The notes beneath the pieces are model-generated. The model searched no databases. It was not told the origin of the DNA and saw only the letters and a list, made by a program, of their open reading frames with translations. Position numbers and translations under genes: made by a program. Positions 1 through 9,047 of a stretch of DNA of 47,551 nucleotides are shown one piece after another (the first letter of the stretch is position 1; each line of letters opens with the position of its first letter). Source of the stretch: Fidelibacterota bacterium (lineage in GTDB: Bacteria > Fidelibacterota > Marinisomatia > Marinisomatales > TCS55); the NCBI GenBank assembly GCA_046861385.1, contig JBHHTW010000015.1, forward strand, positions 1-47,551. The letters run 5' to 3'.

Positions 1-84
1 AATACTATTTCAAGTTGGATGGAATTTGTAACTTTATTCATAAAATTAAAATTAATTACTTAAAATTGAGCAACCAAGTTGATC

Positions 85-150
85 AACCTTACGAAGGTTT
101 AACTTGTCGTGTCGAAACCATTTGGTGAAGACAGGAATCTTCGTAAGGTT
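85..150. repeat. REP-like inverted repeat (aaccttacgaaggtt / aatcttcgtaaggtt) interrupted by a 33-nt cttgtc...gacagg palindromic insert
   Basis: Arms at 85-99 and 136-150 are reverse complements with one mismatch. The insert at 103-135 has inverted termini. Confidence 0.7.
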
Positions 151-168
151 ATAGAATTTAGGAGACAA

Positions 169-1053
169 ATGAACAATATTACACTACTGATCATGGCAGC
201 CGGTATGGGCTCCCGCTACGGCGGACTGAAACAACTGGACTCCATCGGTCCCAATGGTGAAACGATTATTGATTATTCTGTTTATGATGCTATTAAAGCA
301 GGCATAGGTAAAGTAGTATTTATTATCCGAAAAGAATTTGAAGATGAATTCAAATCAAAGATTACAAATAAATATGCCAGGAAAATTGAAGTAGAATTTG
401 CATTTCAGGATTTGAATCACCTCCCGGATGGATTCTCCTGTCCTGAAGGCCGGGAAAAGCCCTGGGGAACGGGACACGCGATTCTATCGGTTGCCGGCGC
501 CATTAATGAACCTTTTATTGTCATCAACGGAGATGATTATTACGGCCGGGAATCGTTTCAAAAGATGACAGAATTTTATTCGGATGAATATCTATCATTC
601 AGTATGGTTGCTTTTCGTCTGGATAAAACATTGTCCCCCTTCGGCGGTGTCACTCGTGGATTATGTACGGTTAAGAATGAGAAACTATCTACTGTAATTG
701 AAACAGAAAATCTTCAAAAAATAAAAAACGGTGTTTCATCAAATAGAAATATTGAATTGGATGGCAGCGAACCGGTCTCTATGAATATGTGGGGATTTAC
801 ACCCGTTCTTTTTGATTATTTGCAGGAAATGTTTGTGGAATTTTTAAAGGGAGAAGGCTCCGAAATGAAAAGCGAATTTTTGATCCCTTCCGTAATCAAC
901 AATCTGATTCAAACCGGAAGGGAGGAAGTTCACGTATTGCGAAGTGATTCATCATGGTTTGGCGTCACATATAAAAAGGATAAACCATACGTCCAGACAG
1001 AAATACGAAAACTCATTGATGCTGGAAAATATCCAAAGAAATTATTTGGTTAG
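169..1053 (+). CDS. Sugar-phosphate nucleotidyltransferase family protein
   Basis: N-terminal IMAAGMGSRYGGLKQ motif, KPWGTGHA and INGDD. ATG at 169 is preceded by an AGGAG RBS at 160-164. Confidence 0.85.
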   Translation: MNNITLLIMAAGMGSRYGGLKQLDSIGPNGETIIDYSVYDAIKAGIGKVVFIIRKEFEDEFKSKITNKYARKIEVEFAFQDLNHLPDGFSCPEGREKPWGTGHAILSVAGAINEPFIVINGDDYYGRESFQKMTEFYSDEYLSFSMVAFRLDKTLSPFGGVTRGLCTVKNEKLSTVIETENLQKIKNGVSSNRNIELDGSEPVSMNMWGFTPVLFDYLQEMFVEFLKGEGSEMKSEFLIPSVINNLIQTGREEVHVLRSDSSWFGVTYKKDKPYVQTEIRKLIDAGKYPKKLFG

Positions 1054-1175
1054 TTCTCAATTCCTGAAGTGAATATTGAGCGTATATTTTAATTATCCCC
1101 TCTTTACCTTACATCTCAAAAGTATTAAAATTCATCCCAACTTTTTAACCCAATTTTATCAAAAAGGAGATATTA

Positions 1176-3041
1176 ATGTCCAAGCGTCAGTTTCAGACTG
1201 AAGTCAATCAATTACTGCATCTAATTATTCACAGTTTATATTCCCATAAAGAAATATTTTTACGGGAATTAGTATCCAATTCTTCTGATGCGATGGATAA
1301 ACTGAATTACCTTACTATCACCGATGACCAGTTTAAATCAATGGAGTTTGAACCACGCATAGACATCTCCTTTTCGGAAGGCGAACTAAAAAGGATAGAA
1401 ATCGCTGATAACGGAATCGGTATGAGTGAAGAAGATTTGGTTGAAAACCTGGGGACGATTGCCCGATCAGGTACCAAATCATTCATGAATAATTTGACGG
1501 GAGATGAAAAGAAGGATTCGAATCTCATCGGTCAGTTTGGCGTCGGATTTTATTCTTCTTTTATGGTGGCAGACAAGGTGGAAGTTTTAAGTCGAAAAGC
1601 CGGTGAAGAAACTGCCTATCGCTGGGTGAGTGATGGAAAAGGTGACTATGAAATCTCCAAAGATATTCGAAATGAACAGGGGACGACTGTAATCCTGCAC
1701 CTGAATGATAATGGTAAAGAATATGCCAGTAGGTGGCAGATTCAGGAAATCGTAAAAAAATATTCAAATCATATAGCATTTCCCATTTTTCTCCACTACA
1801 TGGATACAGAATACGATAAGGATGGTAAAGAAAAAGAAAAGAAACCAAAAACAGACCAGATCAATGCAGCATCCGCTTTCTGGAAACGCCCGAAAAGTAA
1901 TTTAAAGAAGAAGGATTATAACGAATTCTATAAATCCCTTTCCAACGATTTTGATGATCCAATGCATTATGTTCATACTCAAGCAGAAGGGACGCTGGAC
2001 TATACAACCTTGTTTTATATCCCCAAAAAAGCTCCAATGGATCTTTATTACGCTGATTATAAACCTGGTGTTAAACTTTATGTTAAACGAGTTTTCATCA
2101 CTGATGATGATAAAGAATTACTTCCATCTTGGCTGCGGTTTGTAAAAGGGATTATCGATTCTGAAGATTTACCACTGAACGTGAGCCGGGAAATTCTTCA
2201 ACAAAATCGCATCCTTGCTAAAATTAAAAGTAATTCGGTAAAGAAAATTATTTCGGAATTAAATAATATGGCAAAGAAAGATAAGACATATATTGAATTC
2301 TGGAAGGAATTTGGCCGTCCTATCAAAGAAGGTGTGTATCAGGATCATGATAATAAGGAAGCTCTACTTGATCTCTTAAGGTTTAAATCCACAAAAGCGG
2401 ATGGCTATACCTCATTAATGGATTATGTAGGAGGAATGGGTTCGGATCAGAAACATATTTATTATATCACTGGTGAGAATGAAGAAGCATTGCGTCATTC
2501 ACCACTCCTTGAATTATATAAAAAGAAAGAAATGGAAGTGTTGATTTTGGATGATGAGATTGATGATATCATCATGACATCCATTCCGAAATACAAAGAA
2601 TGGGAACTAAAATCTGTTAATCGCAGCGATGCGGCAGAGGATTTAAAGACCGAGGATGATAAAAAGGAAGAAAAAGACCTTAAACCTGTCATTAAAAAGA
2701 TCAAGAAAGTTCTTGGCGACCATGTGAAAGACGTCGTTGCATCTACCCGGTTAAGTGATTCTCCATCTTGTATTGTTGCTGATTCCAATGATCCCACCGC
2801 CCAAGTACAGGAAATGCTAAAAGCAATGGGACAAGCTCCGACCCAGGATATTAAACCAATTCTTGAGATTAATCCAAATCACCCCATCGTTAAGAAACTG
2901 ACTGAAATGCGTAAATCAAAATCATTTGATGATACCTGCTTTTTACTCTACGAACAGGCTTTGTTGATAGAGGGAGTAAAATTGGATAATCCTGCTGAAT
3001 TTGTTAAACGAATGAACGCTGTGATGGAGCGGGCTTTATAG
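1176..3041 (+). CDS. htpG: Molecular chaperone HtpG (Hsp90)
   Basis: YSHKEIFLRELVSNSSDA, NLGTIARSGT, IGQFGVGFYS and LPLNVSREILQ motifs. Confidence 0.97.
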   Translation: MSKRQFQTEVNQLLHLIIHSLYSHKEIFLRELVSNSSDAMDKLNYLTITDDQFKSMEFEPRIDISFSEGELKRIEIADNGIGMSEEDLVENLGTIARSGTKSFMNNLTGDEKKDSNLIGQFGVGFYSSFMVADKVEVLSRKAGEETAYRWVSDGKGDYEISKDIRNEQGTTVILHLNDNGKEYASRWQIQEIVKKYSNHIAFPIFLHYMDTEYDKDGKEKEKKPKTDQINAASAFWKRPKSNLKKKDYNEFYKSLSNDFDDPMHYVHTQAEGTLDYTTLFYIPKKAPMDLYYADYKPGVKLYVKRVFITDDDKELLPSWLRFVKGIIDSEDLPLNVSREILQQNRILAKIKSNSVKKIISELNNMAKKDKTYIEFWKEFGRPIKEGVYQDHDNKEALLDLLRFKSTKADGYTSLMDYVGGMGSDQKHIYYITGENEEALRHSPLLELYKKKEMEVLILDDEIDDIIMTSIPKYKEWELKSVNRSDAAEDLKTEDDKKEEKDLKPVIKKIKKVLGDHVKDVVASTRLSDSPSCIVADSNDPTAQVQEMLKAMGQAPTQDIKPILEINPNHPIVKKLTEMRKSKSFDDTCFLLYEQALLIEGVKLDNPAEFVKRMNAVMERAL

Positions 3042-3167
3042 CCGGTGGCTGGTGCAGTAAATAATTTCTTATTTATAGAAGAATGATGACTATGGAGAAG
3101 ACTGGAGATTCCAAAGGATGAATTTATCAACTGAACTATTAATCGTGGGTCTTTTGTAAATTTATCC

Positions 3168-3845
3168 ATGGCAGAGAAGACTAAACTTTGGTATCTGGAA
3201 AATTTCAATCTCTTTTCAGGGATGAATGAACAATCCATGGACTACATGGATCGCAAGAGTAAAATGAAATCCAATAAGAAGAAAGAAATTATCTATTTTC
3301 CGGATGATCGAAGTGATACAATTTATATTCTAAAAGAAGGCAAAGTGAAAATTTCCCGTATTGCAGAAGACGGTCGAACAACTTCTATGCAGCTCATTGG
3401 CCCTGGGGAAATATTTGGTGAAGGGGCTTTGTTGGGACAGGATATCCACGAAAATATAGCCGAAGTGGTTGAAGATGCTGTTATTTGTACAATCAGTAGA
3501 GAAACATTTCAAGAAATGATGAATGAAAATCCATCCTTAAATATGAGTGTAACCAAATTTATCGGATTTCGATTACGAACCATACAGGCTCATGTAGAAG
3601 ATCTTGTTTTTAAAAATGCTCAAGAGCGGATAGAATCCTTCTTACAACGGTATGTCAAAAACTTTGGGAAGCAATTAGTGGATGGATGGATTGTGCGCCC
3701 CTTTCTTAAACATCAGGAAATCGCTGATTTAACCGCAACCGCCAGACAAACAGTCAATATGGTATTAAATGAACTTTCAGAAAATGGAACTTTAAAATAT
3801 ACTCGCCGCTTTTTAAAAGTCACAGATCCTACTTGGCTTAATTAG
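3168..3845 (+). CDS. Crp/Fnr family transcriptional regulator
   Basis: cNMP-like domain (IYILKEGKVKI, GPGEIFGE) and C-terminal HTH (HQEIADLTATARQTVNMVL). No FNR-type N-terminal Cys cluster. Confidence 0.92.
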   Translation: MAEKTKLWYLENFNLFSGMNEQSMDYMDRKSKMKSNKKKEIIYFPDDRSDTIYILKEGKVKISRIAEDGRTTSMQLIGPGEIFGEGALLGQDIHENIAEVVEDAVICTISRETFQEMMNENPSLNMSVTKFIGFRLRTIQAHVEDLVFKNAQERIESFLQRYVKNFGKQLVDGWIVRPFLKHQEIADLTATARQTVNMVLNELSENGTLKYTRRFLKVTDPTWLN

Positions 3846-3850
3846 CCATT

Positions 3851-3868
3851 TTGTCAGTGAAATGACAA
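3851..3868 (+). promoter_or_regulatory. Putative Crp/Fnr-family operator TTGTCA-N6-TGACAA
   Basis: Perfect palindromic half-sites ttgtca gtgaaa tgacaa. A TAACTT -10-like hexamer lies at 3889-3894. Confidence 0.7.
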
Positions 3869-3899
3869 TAATCTACAGTCATGCATAATAACTTAATGC

Positions 3900-4166
3900 A
3901 TGAATAATATCCTAAATGGAGCACAAACATACGTTCACCTAGTTGTCCGGGATTCGTGTCCGGTATGCAGTGAAAACTTGCTGAAGCTAAATACACTCCA
4001 ACAAAATGATGTGCCGTTTAAATTAACAATTATTAATCTGGACAAGGGAGACACGATGCCGGATTATTATGGGTATATTATAACACCTTCTATTTTTATT
4101 AATAATCGGTTATGGAAAATCGGAAGTGTGAAAGAATCTGAAATTTTTAAAAAACTAAATCCCTGA
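3900..4166 (+). CDS. Small thioredoxin/glutaredoxin-like protein (CPVC)
   Basis: SCPVC CxxC motif after a beta strand and a cis-Pro-like ITPSIFIN motif. Confidence 0.7.
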   Translation: MNNILNGAQTYVHLVVRDSCPVCSENLLKLNTLQQNDVPFKLTIINLDKGDTMPDYYGYIITPSIFINNRLWKIGSVKESEIFKKLNP

Positions 4167-4206
4167 ATTAACAACTACACTAGATAACAAATAACAAGGA
4201 GGTATC

Positions 4207-4623
4207 ATGGATACTTTAAATAAGCTCAACGGTTATGGTCACTGGTTACCGCGATTATCTTTGGGAGCCACATTTTTGTTTCACGGATTCGGGAAATTCC
4301 CCATGGCGGAAATGATGGCCAAAGGAATGGGAATGCCCATTATGATGGTATATATACTGGCTCTTATGGAAATCGCAGGGGGACTGCTAATTCTTTGGGG
4401 TGGTGTCGGACCCGATTGGGCGACCCGTGTGGCCGGTTTAATTTTTGCCGTCATAATGGTAGGAGCCATCAGTAAATTTCACTTAGCCAATGGATGGAGT
4501 TTTACATCAGGCTGGGGAGACGGGACGAATCATATGGGAGGTGCTGAATTTCAAACCCTGATAGTGGCCGTTTCTCTCTTTTTTGCATTTAAAGGCAACA
4601 GTGTTAATTCTGTTAATGGTTAA
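4207..4623 (+). CDS. DoxX family membrane protein
   Basis: RLSLGATFLFHGFGKF, EIAGGLLIL and GGAEFQ motifs, four hydrophobic segments, strong AGGAGG RBS. Confidence 0.88.
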   Translation: MDTLNKLNGYGHWLPRLSLGATFLFHGFGKFPMAEMMAKGMGMPIMMVYILALMEIAGGLLILWGGVGPDWATRVAGLIFAVIMVGAISKFHLANGWSFTSGWGDGTNHMGGAEFQTLIVAVSLFFAFKGNSVNSVNG

Positions 4624-4650
4624 GCCTTCATCAAACGAGGTGTAGCAGAT

Positions 4651-4694
4651 AAGATGGGGAAACAATTATTATCGTTTCCCCATCTTTCTCTTTA
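4651..4694 (+). terminator. Rho-independent terminator after the DoxX gene
   Basis: 13-bp stem aagatggggaaac / gtttccccatctt followed by a pyrimidine/T-rich tail. Confidence 0.75.
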
Positions 4695-4706
4695 TAGCTC
4701 CGTAGT

Positions 4707-6071
4707 ATGAAATTCATGAAATCCATATTATCCATCTGGATGCAGCTGTTTCTTTTTAGCTGCAGTACTCCTTTTTCCATAGTAAACGACCTACCAATCG
4801 TTCACCCTAAAAACCCCATTATTATAATACCTGGCATGATGGGTTCACAACTGGTAGACTCTGAGACAGGAAGCGTTGTGTGGGGTAAGGTTATTGATTT
4901 AAAGTCTGAAAAGCCCCACGAAGCATTATTTCACCCGGATATTGACGGTCTCGAACTTCCAACTAACAAACGACCTATTTCTGAAAACAAAGACAGGTTA
5001 GTCCCCACCAATATATTAGCCAATTATGAAATGATTAATCGGATTGCTGAAGTGGACGCTTATCAGGGTTTGATCCAGCGGTTTTCTCAATGCGGTTTAA
5101 ATGAAGGGAATATTCATCAATGTACTGCTCGAGATAATCTTTATTTATTTGGGTATGACTGGCGACGGGATTTAGTAGAATCAGCCATTTTATTGGGTGA
5201 GCGGATCGATGCAATACAGAATGTATCTGAGAATCCGACGCAGCAAGTATCATTTATTGCTCACAGCATGGGTGGAATCGTTGCCATTTATTATCTGATG
5301 TATGGAAAGAAAGATGTCATCAGTGGAATTAGGGATTTCAGTGAAATTCCCGAACCGGATTACTCTGGAGCAACGAATGTAGATAAAGTGTTTTTTCTTG
5401 GAGTTCCTTTTGGAGGAACGACGTATGCTTTTAAAACGCTCAACGAAGGGGAATATTTAGGTCCGTTTGTTTCTACTTCCCAATGGACCACATTTACGAT
5501 GCCGTCCATATATGAAATGTTACCCTTGGATACATCTGCAGTATTTGCGGATGAACATTCTCAACCGATTTCAATTGATCACTTTAATGTTGAAAATTGG
5601 ATCAATTACGGAATGGGAATTTTTAAAGATGCTGATTGGGATCAATTTGTGGAGCAATGCGACCTCTATTTTCCTGAAAAAGGGCAGGAATTGTCCCGAT
5701 TGAAGTGGCTGGAATTTAAAGAATTTACCCGGGAATCTCTTTTGCGGGGGAAATTATTTCAAACTGCTTTGATCAAAATGGATTGGGAACAAGTGGAAAC
5801 ACAACAAATCATTTTTAGCGGAAATTGTTACGAAACACTGGATAAAATTCAATGGATAGAAAATGATGGACATAAACCAACGATTCGCGCAGTGAAAACA
5901 AAAAGGTTTATTGAAAAATATTATTTAACCGCCAAAGGGGATAACACAGTTCTCCTTGAATCACAGCTGAAAGCCAGTAAAGAAGCTGATTTTGTCAATA
6001 TAGGCTGTTATAAACATCGACAAATGCCCATTGACCCGGAAATTCAAAAAATAATTATTGAAAAATTATAG
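4707..6071 (+). CDS. Lipase/acyltransferase (LCAT-like alpha/beta hydrolase), probable lipoprotein
   Basis: IIIPGMMGS, FGYDWR and AHSMGG nucleophile elbow, GVPFGG, GDNTV, and an N-terminal LFSC lipobox-like motif. Confidence 0.8.
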   Translation: MKFMKSILSIWMQLFLFSCSTPFSIVNDLPIVHPKNPIIIIPGMMGSQLVDSETGSVVWGKVIDLKSEKPHEALFHPDIDGLELPTNKRPISENKDRLVPTNILANYEMINRIAEVDAYQGLIQRFSQCGLNEGNIHQCTARDNLYLFGYDWRRDLVESAILLGERIDAIQNVSENPTQQVSFIAHSMGGIVAIYYLMYGKKDVISGIRDFSEIPEPDYSGATNVDKVFFLGVPFGGTTYAFKTLNEGEYLGPFVSTSQWTTFTMPSIYEMLPLDTSAVFADEHSQPISIDHFNVENWINYGMGIFKDADWDQFVEQCDLYFPEKGQELSRLKWLEFKEFTRESLLRGKLFQTALIKMDWEQVETQQIIFSGNCYETLDKIQWIENDGHKPTIRAVKTKRFIEKYYLTAKGDNTVLLESQLKASKEADFVNIGCYKHRQMPIDPEIQKIIIEKL

Positions 6072-6079
6072 GAGAGACG

Positions 6080-6772
6080 GTGAAAAAGATATTTTTTTTA
6101 ATTAATATTTTTTCTTTTTTGTTATCCCAAGATATTCTTCGGGATGATTTTGAAAATCTTGATAACTGGAAACCTCTTACATTCAAAAAAATTGAAAAGT
6201 ATACCAAGTATTCAATTGAGAGGCTTAACTCATCAGAGTCATTTCTCAAAGCGAAATCAGATGGTTCAGCGTCCGGACTGGTATGGAAGAAATCGTTCAA
6301 TGTTAAAGAAACGCCCATACTCACCTGGAATTGGAAAGTATCGAATGTGTTTTCAAAAGGAGACGCTAAAACAAAATCAGGTGATGACTATCCAATTCGT
6401 ATTTATGTTATGTTTGAATATGATCCTGAAAGTGCCGGATTTTGGGAGTCGACTATGTATGAGTCTGTAAAATTGATTTATGGTGAATATCCCCCCTACA
6501 ACAGTCTAAATTATATCTGGGCCAATAAAGATCATGAAGAAGATATAATTCCAAATTCCTACACGGATAAGGCACAAATGATAATACTTCAAAGAGGTTC
6601 AAAACATGTTGGAGATTGGATGGTTGAAGATGTTAATATCCTAGAGGATTACCAACGTGCCTTTGGCGAAAAACCGCCCAAAAGAGCAACCATTGGTATT
6701 ATGAGTGATTCGGATAATACAAGTGAATCAGCTGTTGCATGGATTGATTATATTGAATTGATAGGTGAATGA
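6080..6772 (+). CDS. DUF3047 domain-containing exported protein
   Basis: Signal peptide and LTWNWKV, KSGDDYPIRIYVMF, LNYIWAN, IMSDSDNT motifs recognised as DUF3047. Confidence 0.8.
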   Translation: MKKIFFLINIFSFLLSQDILRDDFENLDNWKPLTFKKIEKYTKYSIERLNSSESFLKAKSDGSASGLVWKKSFNVKETPILTWNWKVSNVFSKGDAKTKSGDDYPIRIYVMFEYDPESAGFWESTMYESVKLIYGEYPPYNSLNYIWANKDHEEDIIPNSYTDKAQMIILQRGSKHVGDWMVEDVNILEDYQRAFGEKPPKRATIGIMSDSDNTSESAVAWIDYIELIGE

Positions 6773-6817
6773 ACATGAGTCCATTTCTAATAATGGGGTA
6801 TTTTTTCTCTTCAAGGA

Positions 6818-6869
6818 GTAGTGCAGACATTCTTGTCTGCACTAGGACGGACAGGAATGTCTGTCGGAC
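6818..6869. repeat. GTAG-tagged REP-like doublet (two inverted hairpins)
   Basis: Hairpin tagtgcagaca-ttct-tgtctgcacta (6819-6844) followed by an inverted related copy gacggaca-ggaa-tgtctgtc (6846-6865). Confidence 0.7.
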
Positions 6870-6885
6870 ATTTTAAAGGTCAAAT

Positions 6886-9015
6886 ATGGTTAAGAAAATT
6901 ATTTTTATTGGAGTTCTTGCTGCGATAGTAGCCTGTTACTTTATTTTTGATCTCAGTCAATATTTGAACTTTCAATATTTAAAAGAGCAACAAGCCCAAT
7001 TTACAGAATATTATAAAGAAAATAGAGTTTTCACAATTTCGGTCTATTCAGGAATATATATCCTGGTGGCCATGCTTTCCTTGCCCGGCGCTACGATTAT
7101 GACGTTAGCCGGCGGAGCTATTTTTGGTTTAATTACAGGAACCATCATTGTTTCAGTTGCCAGCACTATGGGAGCGACGTTTGCAATGTTAAACTGCAGA
7201 TACCTGTTTCGCAATGCATTCCAAAAAAAGCTAAAACCGGTTATGAAAAAGGTAAATCATGGTGTAGAAAAGGACGGCGTTTTGTTTTTATTCATGTCCC
7301 GATTGAGCCCGGTATTTCCATTTTTCCTGGTAAACGCTGCATTCGCTAAAACGTATATTAACGCTGTGACTTATTCACTGATAAGCCAAATCGGGATGTT
7401 ACCTGGAACCATTGTATATGTTAACGCAGGAACACAGATTAGTAAAATGGAGTCTGTCGGTAATATTTTATCTCTAAATATGATTCTTGCTTTTGCACTT
7501 TTGGGTGTGTTTCCACTTGCGTCGAAAAAAGTAGTTCGATGGTTAAAGAACAGAAAATTGAACAAATCATTCATAAAACCAAAATTGTTTGACTATAACA
7601 TGGTTGTTATCGGGGCTGGATCCGGTGGATTGGTGTCTGCCTACATTGCTGCAACAGTGAAAGCGAAAGTTGCCTTGATTGAAAAACATAAAATGGGCGG
7701 AGATTGTCTAAATACAGGATGTGTTCCCAGCAAAGCGTTTATTCGATCTGCAAAAATGCTCCATTATGCCAAACGTGCCAAGGACTGGGGATTTGATTCA
7801 ACAAAAGTAGAATATGATTTTGCTAATGTGATGGAGCGAGTTCAGAATGTCATCAAAAAAATTGAACCACACGATTCTATAGAACGATATACAGAATTGG
7901 GTGTGAATGTGTATGAAGGAGAAGCGAAAATACTTGATCCTTACAAAGTAGAAATAAACGGGGAAATTTTAACAACAAAAAATATTGTTATCGCAACTGG
8001 TGCCCGGCCATTAGTACCGATGATCCCCGGCATTGAGGATGTTCAGCCCCTCACGAGTGATACACTTTGGAATATTCGGGAACTGCCAAAACGATTGGTG
8101 GTTGTGGGTGGCGGACCCATTGGCTGTGAGTTAGCGCAGGCGTTTTCTCGGTTCGGATCAAAAGTAACATTGATAGAGGGAATGAATCGTCTACTTCTGA
8201 AAGAAGATTTGGAGGTGAGCGAGGCTGTCCGAACAAAATTTGAAGCAGAAGGAATTACTGTTCTTACCGGGCATATGGTAGAAGGATTCAAAAATGAGCA
8301 CGGTTCCAAAATAGTCAACTGTGATTGTAAACCGGAAAAAGTAGCAATTGAATGCGATGAAATCATTATGGCCTTGGGAAGAAGCGCAAATGTATCTGGT
8401 TTTGGATTAGAAGAATTGGGAGTAGAAATCAGGCAAAATGGTACCATTGAAACTGATAATTTCTTGCGTACAAATTATCCGAATATATATGCTGTGGGCG
8501 ATGTGACTGGTCCGTACCAATTCACTCATTTTGCTGCTCATCAAGCCTGGTATGCGGCAGTGAATAGTTTGTTTAGTCCGTTTAAAAAATTCAAAACAGA
8601 CTATCGTGTAATTCCCTGGACGACATTTACTGATCCGGAAGTAGCTCGTGTAGGAATCAACGAACAAGAAGCTGAAAAGCAAGGACTCGACTTTGAAGTA
8701 ACTCGTTATGGATTGGATGATTTAGATCGGGCAATCGCTGACGGTGAAGATAGTGGTTTCGTGAAAGTGATTACGCCTAAAGGGAAGGATATAATATTAG
8801 GCGCCACCATTGTTGGTTCTCATGCTGGAGATATTCTTACAGAATTTGTTTTGGCCATGAAACACGGATTAGGATTAAACAAAATTTTGGGTACTATTCA
8901 TGCATATCCCACCATCGGAGAAGCGAATAAATATTTAGCCGGTAACTGGAAAAAAGCCCACGCACCAGCAGGATTATTAAATTGGGTGGAGAAATTTCAT
9001 TCATGGAGAAGATAA
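6886..9015 (+). CDS. VTT/DedA (TVP38) membrane domain fused to a class I pyridine nucleotide-disulfide oxidoreductase (LpdA/MerA-like)
   Basis: N-terminal SLPGATIMTLAGGAIFG...RLSPVFPFFLVN, then GAGSGG, GGDCLNTGCVPSK, GGGPIG and HAYPTIGE. Confidence 0.88.
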   Translation: MVKKIIFIGVLAAIVACYFIFDLSQYLNFQYLKEQQAQFTEYYKENRVFTISVYSGIYILVAMLSLPGATIMTLAGGAIFGLITGTIIVSVASTMGATFAMLNCRYLFRNAFQKKLKPVMKKVNHGVEKDGVLFLFMSRLSPVFPFFLVNAAFAKTYINAVTYSLISQIGMLPGTIVYVNAGTQISKMESVGNILSLNMILAFALLGVFPLASKKVVRWLKNRKLNKSFIKPKLFDYNMVVIGAGSGGLVSAYIAATVKAKVALIEKHKMGGDCLNTGCVPSKAFIRSAKMLHYAKRAKDWGFDSTKVEYDFANVMERVQNVIKKIEPHDSIERYTELGVNVYEGEAKILDPYKVEINGEILTTKNIVIATGARPLVPMIPGIEDVQPLTSDTLWNIRELPKRLVVVGGGPIGCELAQAFSRFGSKVTLIEGMNRLLLKEDLEVSEAVRTKFEAEGITVLTGHMVEGFKNEHGSKIVNCDCKPEKVAIECDEIIMALGRSANVSGFGLEELGVEIRQNGTIETDNFLRTNYPNIYAVGDVTGPYQFTHFAAHQAWYAAVNSLFSPFKKFKTDYRVIPWTTFTDPEVARVGINEQEAEKQGLDFEVTRYGLDDLDRAIADGEDSGFVKVITPKGKDIILGATIVGSHAGDILTEFVLAMKHGLGLNKILGTIHAYPTIGEANKYLAGNWKKAHAPAGLLNWVEKFHSWRR

Positions 9016-9047
9016 TTCATTAACCAATTAAAAGGATTAATTAAGAA

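Noticed and set aside
109-168. N-terminal extension of the nucleotidyltransferase from GTG 109
   Set aside because: It lies within the palindromic repeat. ATG 169 has the RBS and begins the family motif.
3168-3845. Calling the regulator FNR or CooA
   Set aside because: It has no Fe-S Cys cluster, no evident heme-ligand pattern and no coo genes nearby. Only the recognition helix is CooA-like.
6886-9015. Mercuric reductase merA
   Set aside because: No C-terminal Cys-Cys pair, no NmerA domain and no mer operon genes nearby.
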